Numbered from the stretch's first letter, positions 1 to 10,634 are shown. The stretch is 64,000 bases of DNA from Candidatus Heimdallarchaeota archaeon (GCA_018238545.1 JABCTC010000001.1:32001-96000); one strand, 5' to 3'. Notes: generated from the letters alone by a model not told the origin. Numbers and translations are program-made.

Positions 1-1
1 C

Positions 2-346
2 GGTTCAGCGCATCCAAAAATTAACAAGAAAGTACTAAAAAAACTAAAAAGAAATACCGAGAAAGTGTGCTTGTTAACTCACGTTCCTCCATATGGAACA
101 AGCGCAGATTTGGCTTCATTAAACAAACATGTTGGATCAAGGGAGATAAAAAAGGTTCTAGAAACAAATCCAAACATATTTCTCGCTGTATCTGGTCACA
201 TACATGAATCACCAACAATTTCATTTTTAGGTGATTGTTGTATAATCAATCCAGGACCCGTTACACGGGGAAATTTCGCAATTATCGAAATAGACAAAAA
301 TTATGCAATTCAAGGAAAAATACACAACATTCACGAGATGAAATAA
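2..346 (+). CDS. Metallophosphoesterase (Icc-like), 5'-truncated by window edge
   Basis: Frame is open from base 2; LLTHVPPYG, GHIHE and INPG motifs. Confidence 0.85.
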   Translation, partial: GSAHPKINKKVLKKLKRNTEKVCLLTHVPPYGTSADLASLNKHVGSREIKKVLETNPNIFLAVSGHIHESPTISFLGDCCIINPGPVTRGNFAIIEIDKNYAIQGKIHNIHEMK

Positions 347-348
347 TA

Positions 349-1017
349 ATGCAAAAGTCCAAAATGAAGCTTGGTTTCTTCGATTCAAATCAGGAATTTC
401 AAAAGTTTATAGTTTCTACATATTACCATGTGGAAAGCATATTTACGACAAATAACCAAAGTCAAACTCATTCACTTGAGCATACAATAAGAGTTGCTAA
501 CACTTGTATAGATATTGCGAAACGCCTTGGAGCTTCAATTGATACTCTGTTAACTGCGGCTCTTTTTCATGATGTGGGTAGAGCAGAAGAAGAAGAAACA
601 GGAAGGAATCATGCGGACATAAGCACGGAGTTGGCAAGAGAGTACCTAGAAAAGCAAGAGAAATACGACATGATTCCAGAAGTTTGTGATGCAATAAAGT
701 CTCATAGGTTTAGTACTAAAATAGAACCAAAATTCAAGGAAGGGAAGATCCTCAAGGATGCTGATGCTTTAGATGCACTTGGGATAATTGGGCTATATAG
801 GGTCATTAGCTACTCTGCAGAAAGAAATGTTGATATGAAAAAAACTAACATGCATTTTCATGAAAAATTATTCGTTCTACCATCGCTAATGCATTTTAAA
901 TATAGTAAAAAACTAGCTAAAAAGAAGTGCAAAATTCTAAGCACATTTTCTAAAGGTCTAGAAAAAAACATGTATAGATCTGACTTTGAAAAACTGCTTA
1001 CCCGTTTAGAAAAATAA
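349..1017 (+). CDS. HD-domain phosphohydrolase
   Basis: HSLEH, HDVGR, SHRF and DADALD motifs; ATG at 349 avoids overlap with the upstream gene. Confidence 0.85.
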   Translation: MQKSKMKLGFFDSNQEFQKFIVSTYYHVESIFTTNNQSQTHSLEHTIRVANTCIDIAKRLGASIDTLLTAALFHDVGRAEEEETGRNHADISTELAREYLEKQEKYDMIPEVCDAIKSHRFSTKIEPKFKEGKILKDADALDALGIIGLYRVISYSAERNVDMKKTNMHFHEKLFVLPSLMHFKYSKKLAKKKCKILSTFSKGLEKNMYRSDFEKLLTRLEK

Positions 1018-1092
1018 ATTACTCCAAAACCAGAATTTTAAATAGGACAAACACATTAAGGTTTAGTTGACAACAAAAAATCAGGTGAAATT

Positions 1093-1788
1093 ATGTCAAA
1101 TATCAAACTTGGTGACATGGTAAAAATAAACTATACTTGCAAAACTGCTGATGATGGAAAAGTTTTCGATACAACTTTCGAAAAAATAGCAAAAGAGCAT
1201 GATATCTTTGATGAGAAATTTATATATCAACCATTTACTCTTATTGTTGGAAATCATAAATTGCCTGTTGGATTAGAAGAGGGTCTTATTGGTTTAGAAG
1301 AAGGTGACTCTAAAACAATCAACATTGAAGCTAAAAGAGGATTTGGTTTAAGAGACCGTTCAAAAATCCGTTTAATTCAAAGGAGAGAATTTCAGAAACA
1401 TCAAATAAAACCAAAAGAAAATGCAGAAGTAGAAATTGGTGGTCAAAAAGGTAGAATTCTCAAAGTATCAAGCAGTAGAGTAAAAGTTGATTTTAATCAT
1501 GATTTAGCCGGATTTGATTTAATATATGATATAAAAATAATTAAAAAAGTTACAGATATAAAGGAGCAATGTATCTGTCTTCTTGAAAAACGATTACCTG
1601 GTGTAGATTTTTCTGATACAAAAATTGAGATAGAAGACAAGGCAATAATTATAGAATTCCCAAAGGATACTCGGTTTATGGAATACATCCAATTTACTCG
1701 AAATGGTCTAACAAGGGATTTGGGAGAAATAACTAAAAAATATGATAAAGTAACTTTTATTGAGCATTATGAAATAGAAAAGAAATAG
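1093..1788 (+). CDS. slyD: FKBP-type peptidyl-prolyl isomerase (long archaeal SlyD type)
   Basis: GKVFDTT and VDFNHDLAG motifs; AGGTGA ribosome-binding site upstream. Confidence 0.9.
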   Translation: MSNIKLGDMVKINYTCKTADDGKVFDTTFEKIAKEHDIFDEKFIYQPFTLIVGNHKLPVGLEEGLIGLEEGDSKTINIEAKRGFGLRDRSKIRLIQRREFQKHQIKPKENAEVEIGGQKGRILKVSSSRVKVDFNHDLAGFDLIYDIKIIKKVTDIKEQCICLLEKRLPGVDFSDTKIEIEDKAIIIEFPKDTRFMEYIQFTRNGLTRDLGEITKKYDKVTFIEHYEIEKK

Positions 1789-1791
1789 TCA

Positions 1792-2232
1792 CTATTCTTT
1801 ATCTACTTTCCTTGTATTTACTAAAATCAGATCAAAATTAAGAGGGCAGTTCAGTTTCCTTAGAATGCCTTGAACTTTTATTTTACTAGTTTTATCAAAA
1901 AGCGGTGACATACAGTAATCGTAATTCTCACATAAGATTTCTTTGCAATTCAAAGAATTTCTTTTGAGAACCATATTTTCCAGATATTTTTGATTTTCTA
2001 CACTTATAATATAGTCAGCTTCCTCTACAACGCACACTAGCATCGGTTGATTCTCTATTAAACAAATATGTTCCTTTTGCCTCACTTCAACTACACTGTA
2101 TGAATGATTTTCCTTCAAAACATCAACACATACCTTCTTGAGAGAACAATTATCACAGATTTTCGAAGCACCTACATGTGTAAATGTATAGTTGAGTTCC
2201 GCAACTTCCTTTTCAACTAGAGTTATAATCAT
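1792..2232 (-). CDS. UPF0179 family archaeal protein
   Basis: MIITLV start, CxxCxLxxxC and further Cys clusters. Confidence 0.8.
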   Translation of the reverse strand: MIITLVEKEVAELNYTFTHVGASKICDNCSLKKVCVDVLKENHSYSVVEVRQKEHICLIENQPMLVCVVEEADYIISVENQKYLENMVLKRNSLNCKEILCENYDYCMSPLFDKTSKIKVQGILRKLNCPLNFDLILVNTRKVDKE

Positions 2233-2314
2233 TTCATGAGGTAATTATAGAATAGCTTTTTTAAGATTAAGAAATACGTCTTTTAATCTAGATTCGAAAA
2301 GTAGATGCAGTATT

Positions 2315-3280
2315 ATGAAAAAGGAACTTAATTGTATTAATCCCTACAAATTAGGAGAAGAATATGATTATGATCCTTATATGATTGAAAGGTTTGTAGA
2401 AATATTGGGCGAGGAGGAAACATCAAACTTACTTCAATTTAACGAAACCAAATTAAACAAAACAATTAGATTGAACACATTAAGATCTAGTATCGCGCGC
2501 ACAGTAGAACTTTTAGAAAGAAAAAGGGTTCAGCTTGAAGATATTGTAGGGATGCCTGAAGCAAAAGAAATCATCAATTCTCCTGTACCAATAGGAGCAA
2601 CTCCAGAGTATTTAGGAGGGTACTACATGCTGCAAGGAAAGAATTCAATGCTTTCAAGCATGATTCTAAATCCAAAAAGCGATGAGTTGATAGGAGATTT
2701 CGCTGCAGCTCCTGGTGGCAAAACATCACATCTAGCACAATTAATGAATAATGAGGGGACAATAATTGCACTTGAATTAAGTTCTAACAGATGCAGAAGT
2801 TTGAAATCAGTTCTAGCTAGAATGGGTGTTGAAAACACAATCATATTACAATACGACACCAGAGAAATATATAAATTGGATTTAATGTTTGATAAAATTT
2901 TATTAGATGCACCTTGTTCAGGATCAGGGGTAATTATCTCAGATCATTCAAGGAAACAATCCAAAACACTATTTGACATTCTAAATTATCACAAATATCA
3001 GACTGAGCTATTAACAGAATCCTTGCGAGTTCTTAAACCGGGAGGAGAACTAGTTTATTGTACTTGTTCCTTGGAGCCAGAGGAAAACGAGCTTGTTATA
3101 ACAAAAGTTCTTGAAAATTTTGATTGTAAAATACAAGAATTGAATATTGAAGGAGAAGTAGGTTTAGAAAAATTCCAACAACATGAATTTCATCCCGACA
3201 TAAGAAAAGCCAAAAGAATTTATCCACATACATCAAAAGGAGAGGGCTTCTTTATAATTAAAATGGTGAAAGAAAAATGA
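2315..3280 (+). CDS. NOL1/NOP2/Sun family RNA m5C methyltransferase
   Basis: AAAPGGKT, ILLDAPCSGSG and YCTCSLEPEENE motifs. Confidence 0.95.
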   Translation: MKKELNCINPYKLGEEYDYDPYMIERFVEILGEEETSNLLQFNETKLNKTIRLNTLRSSIARTVELLERKRVQLEDIVGMPEAKEIINSPVPIGATPEYLGGYYMLQGKNSMLSSMILNPKSDELIGDFAAAPGGKTSHLAQLMNNEGTIIALELSSNRCRSLKSVLARMGVENTIILQYDTREIYKLDLMFDKILLDAPCSGSGVIISDHSRKQSKTLFDILNYHKYQTELLTESLRVLKPGGELVYCTCSLEPEENELVITKVLENFDCKIQELNIEGEVGLEKFQQHEFHPDIRKAKRIYPHTSKGEGFFIIKMVKEK

Positions 3281-3825
3281 ACAATATAACAGTAAATTTC
3301 CGAAAAGCAACCAAGAAGGAAGAAGAAATTGTTCGAAAAGAGATTGGCAAGCATTTTGGGCAAGAGGGGTTGGATTCGTTACAAAACCGTTTTTTGTGGA
3401 TAAAAGATGGAAAAATCAAAGAGGTTTGTGCTTTACATCCAAATATTGAAGCAATTGTAAAAACTATCCCCCATAATTTGTATTTTGCTGGCATACCAAT
3501 TGGTTCAATAAAGAATAATAAATTTCAGTTAGAAATTGAGGGGAGTGCATTAATCAGATTAACTTCAAAGAAGGTTTTACATGTAAAAACCGATCAATTC
3601 CTTTATGGTAAATCAATTTTCACAGACAATGTTTTTCAGTTTGATGAAGCATTCCAAAGTGGAGATTTAGTTATAATTGAGGGGAGAAATAACATTCATT
3701 ATGGAGTTGGAGAAACAAGTATAAGTTCAGAAGAGCTCAAGAGTGCGCTCTCAAATACAGTGATAATTAAGGGGAGTAAAAACATTCCTAGGGATAGAGG
3801 CTGGTATTTGAGGAAGGGTAACTGA
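3277..3825 (+). CDS. nip7: Nip7-like ribosome biogenesis protein with PUA domain
   Basis: FLYGK and DRGWYLR motifs; 4-nt overlap with the Nop2-like gene. Confidence 0.8.
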   Translation: MNNITVNFRKATKKEEEIVRKEIGKHFGQEGLDSLQNRFLWIKDGKIKEVCALHPNIEAIVKTIPHNLYFAGIPIGSIKNNKFQLEIEGSALIRLTSKKVLHVKTDQFLYGKSIFTDNVFQFDEAFQSGDLVIIEGRNNIHYGVGETSISSEELKSALSNTVIIKGSKNIPRDRGWYLRKGN

Positions 3826-3966
3826 AGGTATTTTATTTTGTTCCTTCAACAACAACCAACCTAGCGCCTAAATTCAAATAACACAAAGTATTTAAGGCGT
3901 GTTCAGTGATTTACATTAGTTTAATCTTTTTGTTTAAAAAAGAGGAAAACCTATTCTAAAAAACAC

Positions 3967-5910
3967 TTGTATTTATATGAATTAGAAGAGTCGGGTATCT
4001 TGAGTTATAAAGAAGTACTAGAACAAACATCCAAAGACATTCATGAGGAACTGCCAAGCAACTCTGAAATTACACAAATAGAGTTTGAAGGACCAGAAGT
4101 CGCAGTTTATTCTCGAAATCCTAGAGTATTAGTAGACGATGAAAATATAGTTAAGGGATTAGCAAAAAAATTACGGAAAAGAATCGTTATTCGATCTGAT
4201 CCTAGTGTCAGATTACCCAAAGATGAAACAACTTACTTGATTACAGAGTTGGTGGGAAAGGAAGGAGAAATCACTTCAATAGATTATGACGAGCTTGTTG
4301 GAGAAGTAATTATAGAAGCTATGAAACCAGGGGTTATTATTGGAAAATCCGGTGAAATGTTACGAACAATTATCGCTAAAACATTATGGCGACCAAATGT
4401 TATGCGAACGCCTCCAATCGAATCTAGGGTAATAAAAACTGTTAGACATCTCTATCAAGAACATTCAAAGAAAAGACAGGAAATCCTGAAAATAGTTGGT
4501 AAACGAATTCATCGCCCCATTATTTACAGGGATGATACAATTCGCGTAACAGCCTTAGGCGGTTACGCAGAAGTTGGTAGAAGTAGTTCCTTAGTCCAAA
4601 CTGGTGAAAGTCGAGTGTTGGTAGATTGCGGAATCAATGTAGGAAGTAATTCACCAAACAACACCTTCCCCCGATTTGACCTTCCTGAATTTGACATTGA
4701 TAATTTGGATGCCGTTGTGATATCACATGCTCATCTTGATCATTCTGGTTTTGTCCCTTATCTTTTCAAATATGGTTACAAGGGAGCTGTCTATGTCACA
4801 AAACCAACAAGAGATTTAATGACAATGCTTCAGATAGATTATCTTGATGTAGCGAAAAAAGAAGGAAAAACCCAACCATATGAACAAAAGGACATAAGAG
4901 AGTCAGTACTTCACGCCATTGTTTTAAACTATGGAGAAGTAACCGACATCTCACCTGACATTCGTCTAACATTTCACAATGCGGGACATATTGTAGGAAG
5001 TACAATCCCTCATCTTCACATTGGTGAAGGCGTTTATAACATCGCATTTGCACAAGACATTAAATTTGCTAGATCAAACCTTTTAGATCCAGCAAATTGC
5101 AGATTCCCAAGATTGGAAACGCTCTTCATAGAATCTACCTATGGAAAACCCCAAGATATTCTTCCTCCAAGAGCTGAATGTGAAAAAATGTTGAGAAACA
5201 TTGTTAATGACACTATAAAGAAAAATGGGAAGGTTCTTATTCCAGTTCTAGCGGTTGGCAGAGCTCAAGAAATTCTTGTCGTTCTAGAGAATTTAATGAG
5301 AACCAAGGAAATACCAACAATTCCAATTTACACAGACGGTATGATTCGAGAAGCATCAGCAATCACAACCGCTCACCCCGAATTTTTATCAAAAAGTCTT
5401 AGAGAAAGGATATTCCATGCAGGTCAAAACCCATTCCTATCTGAACAAATGAAACATGTAGCTTCTAATGAAGAACGAGAACTAATTGTAGTAGGAGATC
5501 CTGCAATAATTGTAGCTACAAGTGGTATGCTAAATGGAGGACCAAGTGTTCAATACTTCAAAGCACTATGTTCTGATTCTAATAATGCACTAGTGTTTGT
5601 AAGTTACCAAGGAAAAGGAACTATGGGAAGTAAGATTCAGAAAGGCATTACCGAGATTCAGATGATGGAAAATCGCAAAACAGTCATGTATCATATAGAA
5701 ATGCAAGTTCATAGTATTTCAGGTTTCACAGGACATAGTGACAGAAGAGAATTAGAAAACTACATTCGCAAAGTTACTCCTAAACCAGAAAGAGTTATAG
5801 TGTTTCATGGTGAAGAATCAAAAGCAAATAAATTTGCTTCGTGGATATACAAAACAACTAAAAGAGAAAGTATGGCACCTCCAAATGGTACAACTATAAG
5901 ATTAAGATAA
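3967..5910 (+). CDS. fttA: aCPSF1/FttA beta-CASP ribonuclease and transcription termination factor
   Basis: N-terminal KH domains (IEFEGPE), SHAHLDH, AVGRAQE, GHSD; real start may be TTG at 4000. Confidence 0.95.
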   Translation: MYLYELEESGILSYKEVLEQTSKDIHEELPSNSEITQIEFEGPEVAVYSRNPRVLVDDENIVKGLAKKLRKRIVIRSDPSVRLPKDETTYLITELVGKEGEITSIDYDELVGEVIIEAMKPGVIIGKSGEMLRTIIAKTLWRPNVMRTPPIESRVIKTVRHLYQEHSKKRQEILKIVGKRIHRPIIYRDDTIRVTALGGYAEVGRSSSLVQTGESRVLVDCGINVGSNSPNNTFPRFDLPEFDIDNLDAVVISHAHLDHSGFVPYLFKYGYKGAVYVTKPTRDLMTMLQIDYLDVAKKEGKTQPYEQKDIRESVLHAIVLNYGEVTDISPDIRLTFHNAGHIVGSTIPHLHIGEGVYNIAFAQDIKFARSNLLDPANCRFPRLETLFIESTYGKPQDILPPRAECEKMLRNIVNDTIKKNGKVLIPVLAVGRAQEILVVLENLMRTKEIPTIPIYTDGMIREASAITTAHPEFLSKSLRERIFHAGQNPFLSEQMKHVASNEERELIVVGDPAIIVATSGMLNGGPSVQYFKALCSDSNNALVFVSYQGKGTMGSKIQKGITEIQMMENRKTVMYHIEMQVHSISGFTGHSDRRELENYIRKVTPKPERVIVFHGEESKANKFASWIYKTTKRESMAPPNGTTIRLR

Positions 5911-5913
5911 TAT

Positions 5914-6405
5914 TTAGAACTTAGCAGACCACACTTTATCTTTCAAATGATGGATTAGTTTTACTACTTTACCCTTTTTGTTTTTACTAAATTCTTTTGC
6001 ATCTATAAGAGATATACCCACACCAAGAATTGCATTAGCTTTTTCTTCATGAATAACAACATAATCATCTTTTGTTATGTTATCATCAAAAAACACTATG
6101 CCCGGAGCCATAACATCCGCACCATTTGTGATAAACCTGATTGCTCCCACATCAACTATTATTTTGTGCAGACCAGGATTTAACTCTCTAAGAAAGTGTA
6201 TTGAAGGGATGTGCTTTCCATCATGAAGGAACCACCAGATCTTTTTGTCTTTAACAATAAACGTTCCTTCTTCAGTTTTTATGCTTTGGAGTATTAATGA
6301 TTTCTGAAAAGATGGTGATACCTGATCGTCGTATAATTCTATCAATTTCGTTTGTAAATCACGTTTTTCTTTATTAGATAAAGTTTTCTTAGATTTCATA
6401 TGCAT
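5914..6405 (-). CDS. PUA-domain RNA-binding protein (MCTS1/Tma20-like)
   Basis: VDVGAIRFITNGADVMAPGI motif. Confidence 0.9.
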   Translation of the reverse strand: MHMKSKKTLSNKEKRDLQTKLIELYDDQVSPSFQKSLILQSIKTEEGTFIVKDKKIWWFLHDGKHIPSIHFLRELNPGLHKIIVDVGAIRFITNGADVMAPGIVFFDDNITKDDYVVIHEEKANAILGVGISLIDAKEFSKNKKGKVVKLIHHLKDKVWSAKF

Positions 6406-6426
6406 GTTATCACAAACTTATCATTT

Positions 6427-6864
6427 CTATAACCCTAGCTTTCCTAAAATAGAGCTATATTTTTCTTTAATGGATTCATACCTTTCTTTAGATGACATAC
6501 CTAAGAGGTAAAGTTGTTCTTCATTTTCCAATCTTCTTGAATAATCATCTTTTATAGATGTAACAAACTCTTCAATGGAATCTTGTATATTTGACATCAG
6601 GTCAACGCTTGGTTCAGGGATTGTGTAAAGGTATTTCAGTGTGGGATAAGTATCGGCCATTCTTTCAATCAATCCAATATCCAGCATTTGTTTCAAATGT
6701 TTCTCAACTGCTGGACGTGATATTGCTAGTTCCTTTGTTAATTCATCAGCAGTTAGTTTCATATTACTAAGTAAAGTAAGTATTTTTCTTCTCGTTGCAT
6801 CTCGTAAAATAGAATAGATTTGATCTATAATCTGAAAATCCTTATCCTCTTTATTCATAATCAA
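6427..6864 (-). CDS. ArsR-type winged-helix regulator
   Basis: DATRRKIL and ISRPAVEKHLKQM HTH pattern. Confidence 0.85.
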   Translation of the reverse strand: MIMNKEDKDFQIIDQIYSILRDATRRKILTLLSNMKLTADELTKELAISRPAVEKHLKQMLDIGLIERMADTYPTLKYLYTIPEPSVDLMSNIQDSIEEFVTSIKDDYSRRLENEEQLYLLGMSSKERYESIKEKYSSILGKLGL

Positions 6865-7026
6865 TTCTTTATTACCACGGTTCCTTAAATTATTGTCGGT
6901 TGATAATTGTACTTGCGAAATAGAGCGTTTAGCGATAATGTTTGAAGGGTTCTAAGCTGTTGCAACAACAGTAAGTATTAATTGCTAGCAATGGACTCTT
7001 AAGATATAAACAAAGAGGGTTTTATA

Positions 7027-8865
7027 ATGAAAGCTACGATACATTTAGAAGAACATGTTGAAATAAAAGTAGGACCTAAAGATGAGGTTGTTACAACAGA
7101 ATCAAGAGGTGTTTTGAAGGTTATTAACCCAAGCAAATCTACAACATTATGGGGAATTGAACTGAAAGCTGATTTCAGCGATGATGTGGATGAGATACCA
7201 GTTACAAACATCCCGCACGTAGAAGCAGGTAAAGAACATCTTGTGGAGTATACCACAAAAAATGAACCAGCAATCAAGATAACAGAGGTTTATGATACTG
7301 ATTACAAGGGAGATGAAATTAACTCCTTGAATAAGGACTTGATTTTTAATTTGGATCAAACACTCGCTTTTCAGATTACTGTTAAAAATAATTATGATAC
7401 AAAAATCAAAAATTTGGCAGTCGAAAAGCACTTTCCTTTAGATACAAGAGATATAAGGGCAATAGAACCATATCCTGGAGACACAACAATTGTAGAAGGT
7501 GAAAGAATTGCAAATTGGGTAATTCCCGAACTAGAAGCTGGAGGAATTGCAATTGTTACAATTGTTTGTACTATTAATCCAACAAATGTACAACCATACA
7601 AAAATGGAATTATAACAGCAAGATGTGAAACAGAGATCAAAATGAGTTCATTGAAGCCAGTGTTAGATGGTGATTGTGATAATGTGGATTTAGGTGTAGA
7701 AGTTATTGAAACAGCAGAACCCAATCAATGGAAACTCAGTATGGGGTTAAGAAACGCAAGTGAGTTTGAAATATTGTTAAAATATGTTAAAATAGAAGTT
7801 AATGGTGAAGAAAAATATTTCAAAGAACCTATGATTGAAGTAGAAGGAAATCTTGATGAACCAATCTGGAAAGAGCAGATTACAATTGAATCTTCAACAT
7901 TTCCTGAAATTACTAAGAAGTTTGATTATACGGCGCTTTTCAAAATAACTGAACACTCAACGATAGCTTATGAAAAAGCGAGTGACCAAATATTCATTGT
8001 AAAAGCTGGAGCGTCCAAACTATTTGATCCAGTAGAAGTAACAACTTATGCATTTTCAGATATAATAGCAACAATTGATGTCACAAATACTGGGTCCGCT
8101 ACAATTGGCAAAATAGAAATTGAGGATTCAATACCAAGCTACTTTGATGTTAAAATGGTAACAGCAGAATCATCTGGCAGAGAGGTTGAAATTGTTTTCG
8201 AAGAAGAGTCTAAAGAAGAGATCAAACCAACAATCGAAGACAGAGAAACTGCAACTTTCGAAGAAATCGAGAAAGAAGACGATTATGTTGAAGAAGTCGA
8301 AGATGAAGATGTTAAAAACTACTTAGAGAACATTTCGGAAGGTATTGAGAAGGAAAGAGTTTACAATTATGTTATTGAAAATCTCAAATTAGATCCAGGC
8401 CAAACAGTGAAAATTAAAGCTGTTTGTATTGCTGACAAACCTAGAATTGAAGGTAGTCATTCAGCACCTGCTACAATCAAAGCATATGCCGAGCACCCAG
8501 CTAAACCTTTTGTAACAGATGCTCGATCTGATGGAAAGGTTCCAACAATAGTTGTACAATTTAAGCAAAGATCATACAAAATAACATCAATATTCACAAA
8601 GCAAGCTGATGATAGTTACAATGTTGAGATACCAATAACAAATACCGGAGACGTTCCTTTAGATAATGTTACTCTCATCCAACCAATTTTCTCTGCTGAA
8701 TTTGTAGATCATACTCCTCCAACTGTTGATGTATCTGTTGAATCATCTAATGTCAAATGTGTGATAAAACGAATAAATTCAGGTGAAACAATAGTAATCA
8801 ACCTTAGCATAAAAGCAGATGGACCATTGAGACAACAACAAGCCACAATACGAATTGAAGATTAA
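7027..8865 (+). CDS. Cytoplasmic beta-rich protein; probable N-terminal mu-homology domain plus Ig-like domains
   Basis: No signal peptide; N-terminal ~215 aa resemble AP-mu/delta-COP by eye; TNTG motifs of DUF11-like domains. Confidence 0.55.
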   Translation: MKATIHLEEHVEIKVGPKDEVVTTESRGVLKVINPSKSTTLWGIELKADFSDDVDEIPVTNIPHVEAGKEHLVEYTTKNEPAIKITEVYDTDYKGDEINSLNKDLIFNLDQTLAFQITVKNNYDTKIKNLAVEKHFPLDTRDIRAIEPYPGDTTIVEGERIANWVIPELEAGGIAIVTIVCTINPTNVQPYKNGIITARCETEIKMSSLKPVLDGDCDNVDLGVEVIETAEPNQWKLSMGLRNASEFEILLKYVKIEVNGEEKYFKEPMIEVEGNLDEPIWKEQITIESSTFPEITKKFDYTALFKITEHSTIAYEKASDQIFIVKAGASKLFDPVEVTTYAFSDIIATIDVTNTGSATIGKIEIEDSIPSYFDVKMVTAESSGREVEIVFEEESKEEIKPTIEDRETATFEEIEKEDDYVEEVEDEDVKNYLENISEGIEKERVYNYVIENLKLDPGQTVKIKAVCIADKPRIEGSHSAPATIKAYAEHPAKPFVTDARSDGKVPTIVVQFKQRSYKITSIFTKQADDSYNVEIPITNTGDVPLDNVTLIQPIFSAEFVDHTPPTVDVSVESSNVKCVIKRINSGETIVINLSIKADGPLRQQQATIRIED

Positions 8866-8891
8866 AAAAGGGAAGGGGGTTTTTTCTTTTT
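8866..8891. terminator. Probable bidirectional terminator between convergent genes
   Basis: A-tract and T-tract between the stops at 8865 and 8892. Confidence 0.5.
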
Positions 8892-10409
8892 TCATAAATT
8901 ATATATCTTCGAGAATTTTTTCTCTATATACTCAGAGAAATATTTTGTTGAAAGAGGTTCATTTGTGATTTCTTCAACTAGTTCAAGACCATCATGAATT
9001 CCACCCTTTTCATGTACATTTTCAGCTAACCACCGTTTGATATTAGTGAAATTACCTTCCAATAAATCATCTCTCCAACCAGGAAGTTTCTTACTCATCG
9101 TATTAGTAATTTGTGCAGAGATAAGATCCCCTATGCCATAACCATGAAAATAGCCATAGTATTGACTGTACCAATGTAAATCTTGCATTAATCCTAAAGA
9201 ATCATTTGGGATGTCAACACCCAAGTACTCTTTGTATTTCTCATTCCAAACTTGGGGCAATTCTTTAGTGGTAATTTTTCCAGCAAACCATTCTCGTTCG
9301 ATTTCAAATCTGATGATAACGTGTAGAATATAGGTCACTTCATCAGCTTGTATCCTTATAAAACCAGGAGTTACAGCATTTAATGCAGAGTAAAAAGTAT
9401 TCATATCTATATCATCGAATATACCTTGAGTAACTTTCTGAAACTTAGGATAATAGTAGGTCCAAAATTCTTCTGAACTAGCGATCATATTTTCCAACAT
9501 ACGTGATTGTGATTCTCCGAAACTTGGTGAGGAAACACGATAGACTGGCTGATTAAACCACTCGGCTTTTCCTTGAAGACCATGGATAGCATGGCCACAC
9601 TCATGAGCTCCAGCGAGGAAGGCGGATAATACATGATCTTCATGATATTTTACCGTTACTCGTACATCATTTTTACCACAACCTATTGTAAGTGGGTGTT
9701 CCACCTCGTCTATTCGACCGTTTGCTTTGTTTGAGCTGAAATCATAGCGTAGAAAATCCGCAAGTTCGTGAACCATTTTTACTTGAACCGCCTTTGGAAC
9801 AGTTCTAGATATAAAAGAACGGTCTATCTTTACATCTGAATCTCGACATTTTTTAACAAATGGAATTAAGAAAGATTTAACTTCGTTGAAAAGTTTACTC
9901 AATGAATCTACACTAAAACCACTATCATTTCTATCTATTAGAGCATTATATGGATCATTCATCCCTTTTGTTACTGCTAACAACTCTGCAGATTCTACAT
10001 TTAATTGGAATAATTTTTCCAAATCAGGGAGAACCTTTTGAAAATCTTTCTTTTCTTTAGCAACTTTCCAAATTTCTAAAGTGCGATTTGACTGAGATGC
10101 GATTCTACCAACTAGTTCTGTTGGCAATATAGTTCTATTATCGTAAGAACGTTTGATTAGTTCGAAGTTTCTTTTCTGAATTGTATCAAGTGATTCATCT
10201 TTCTGACAAGACTCGATTAATGAAGACATTGTCTCATCTACCCATAGTTGATGTGTTTTTGTGCTAATATATTGAAATTGCTTAGCTCTATACTCGACTG
10301 CGGCAGGAGGCATGCATGTGTTCATATCCCAATACAAGACACCACTAACAGAATTCAAAAGCTGAATTTCTTCATATATTTCTAGTAATTGTTCATAAGC
10401 AGTTTTCAT
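8892..10409 (-). CDS. M32 family carboxypeptidase
   Basis: HECGH zinc motif, ESQ, IRIQAD and QDLHW; likely ATG at 10409. Confidence 0.95.
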   Translation of the reverse strand: MKTAYEQLLEIYEEIQLLNSVSGVLYWDMNTCMPPAAVEYRAKQFQYISTKTHQLWVDETMSSLIESCQKDESLDTIQKRNFELIKRSYDNRTILPTELVGRIASQSNRTLEIWKVAKEKKDFQKVLPDLEKLFQLNVESAELLAVTKGMNDPYNALIDRNDSGFSVDSLSKLFNEVKSFLIPFVKKCRDSDVKIDRSFISRTVPKAVQVKMVHELADFLRYDFSSNKANGRIDEVEHPLTIGCGKNDVRVTVKYHEDHVLSAFLAGAHECGHAIHGLQGKAEWFNQPVYRVSSPSFGESQSRMLENMIASSEEFWTYYYPKFQKVTQGIFDDIDMNTFYSALNAVTPGFIRIQADEVTYILHVIIRFEIEREWFAGKITTKELPQVWNEKYKEYLGVDIPNDSLGLMQDLHWYSQYYGYFHGYGIGDLISAQITNTMSKKLPGWRDDLLEGNFTNIKRWLAENVHEKGGIHDGLELVEEITNEPLSTKYFSEYIEKKFSKIYNL

Positions 10410-10467
10410 TTTACCAAGAAGAAAATGAAATGTCGCTTCAAAAAGATTATCCAATTTATATTGAAAC

Positions 10468-10499
10468 TATGATGCTTATTTGTCTTCTTGTCTTATTAG
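10468..10499 (+). repeat. Terminal inverted repeat, element 1 (tnpB 3' side)
   Basis: TATGATGCTTATTTGTCTTCTTGTCTTATTAG. Confidence 0.8.
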
Positions 10500-10634
10500 A
10501 CAAAGCCAGGTAAATGTCGTGCTTAGAGGTCATGATATAGGGCGAAGACACTCTATACTCACTCTGAGTGGATACATCACGTATCCTCCTACCCCGTTCA
10601 CCCTGCGTTTAGGCAAGGCTTTCGGATCGCTTTT
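10468..10634 (-). ncRNA. Putative omega/reRNA of tnpB element 1
   Basis: 10553-10634 matches 36951-37032 at 81/82 nt; GGATAC-N5-GTATCC hairpin; boundaries uncertain. Confidence 0.6.

Noticed and set aside
10461-10467. TTCAA on the minus strand as an IS200/IS605 right end
   Set aside because: Absent in element 2; homology stops at TATGA and the left end has no matching hairpin.
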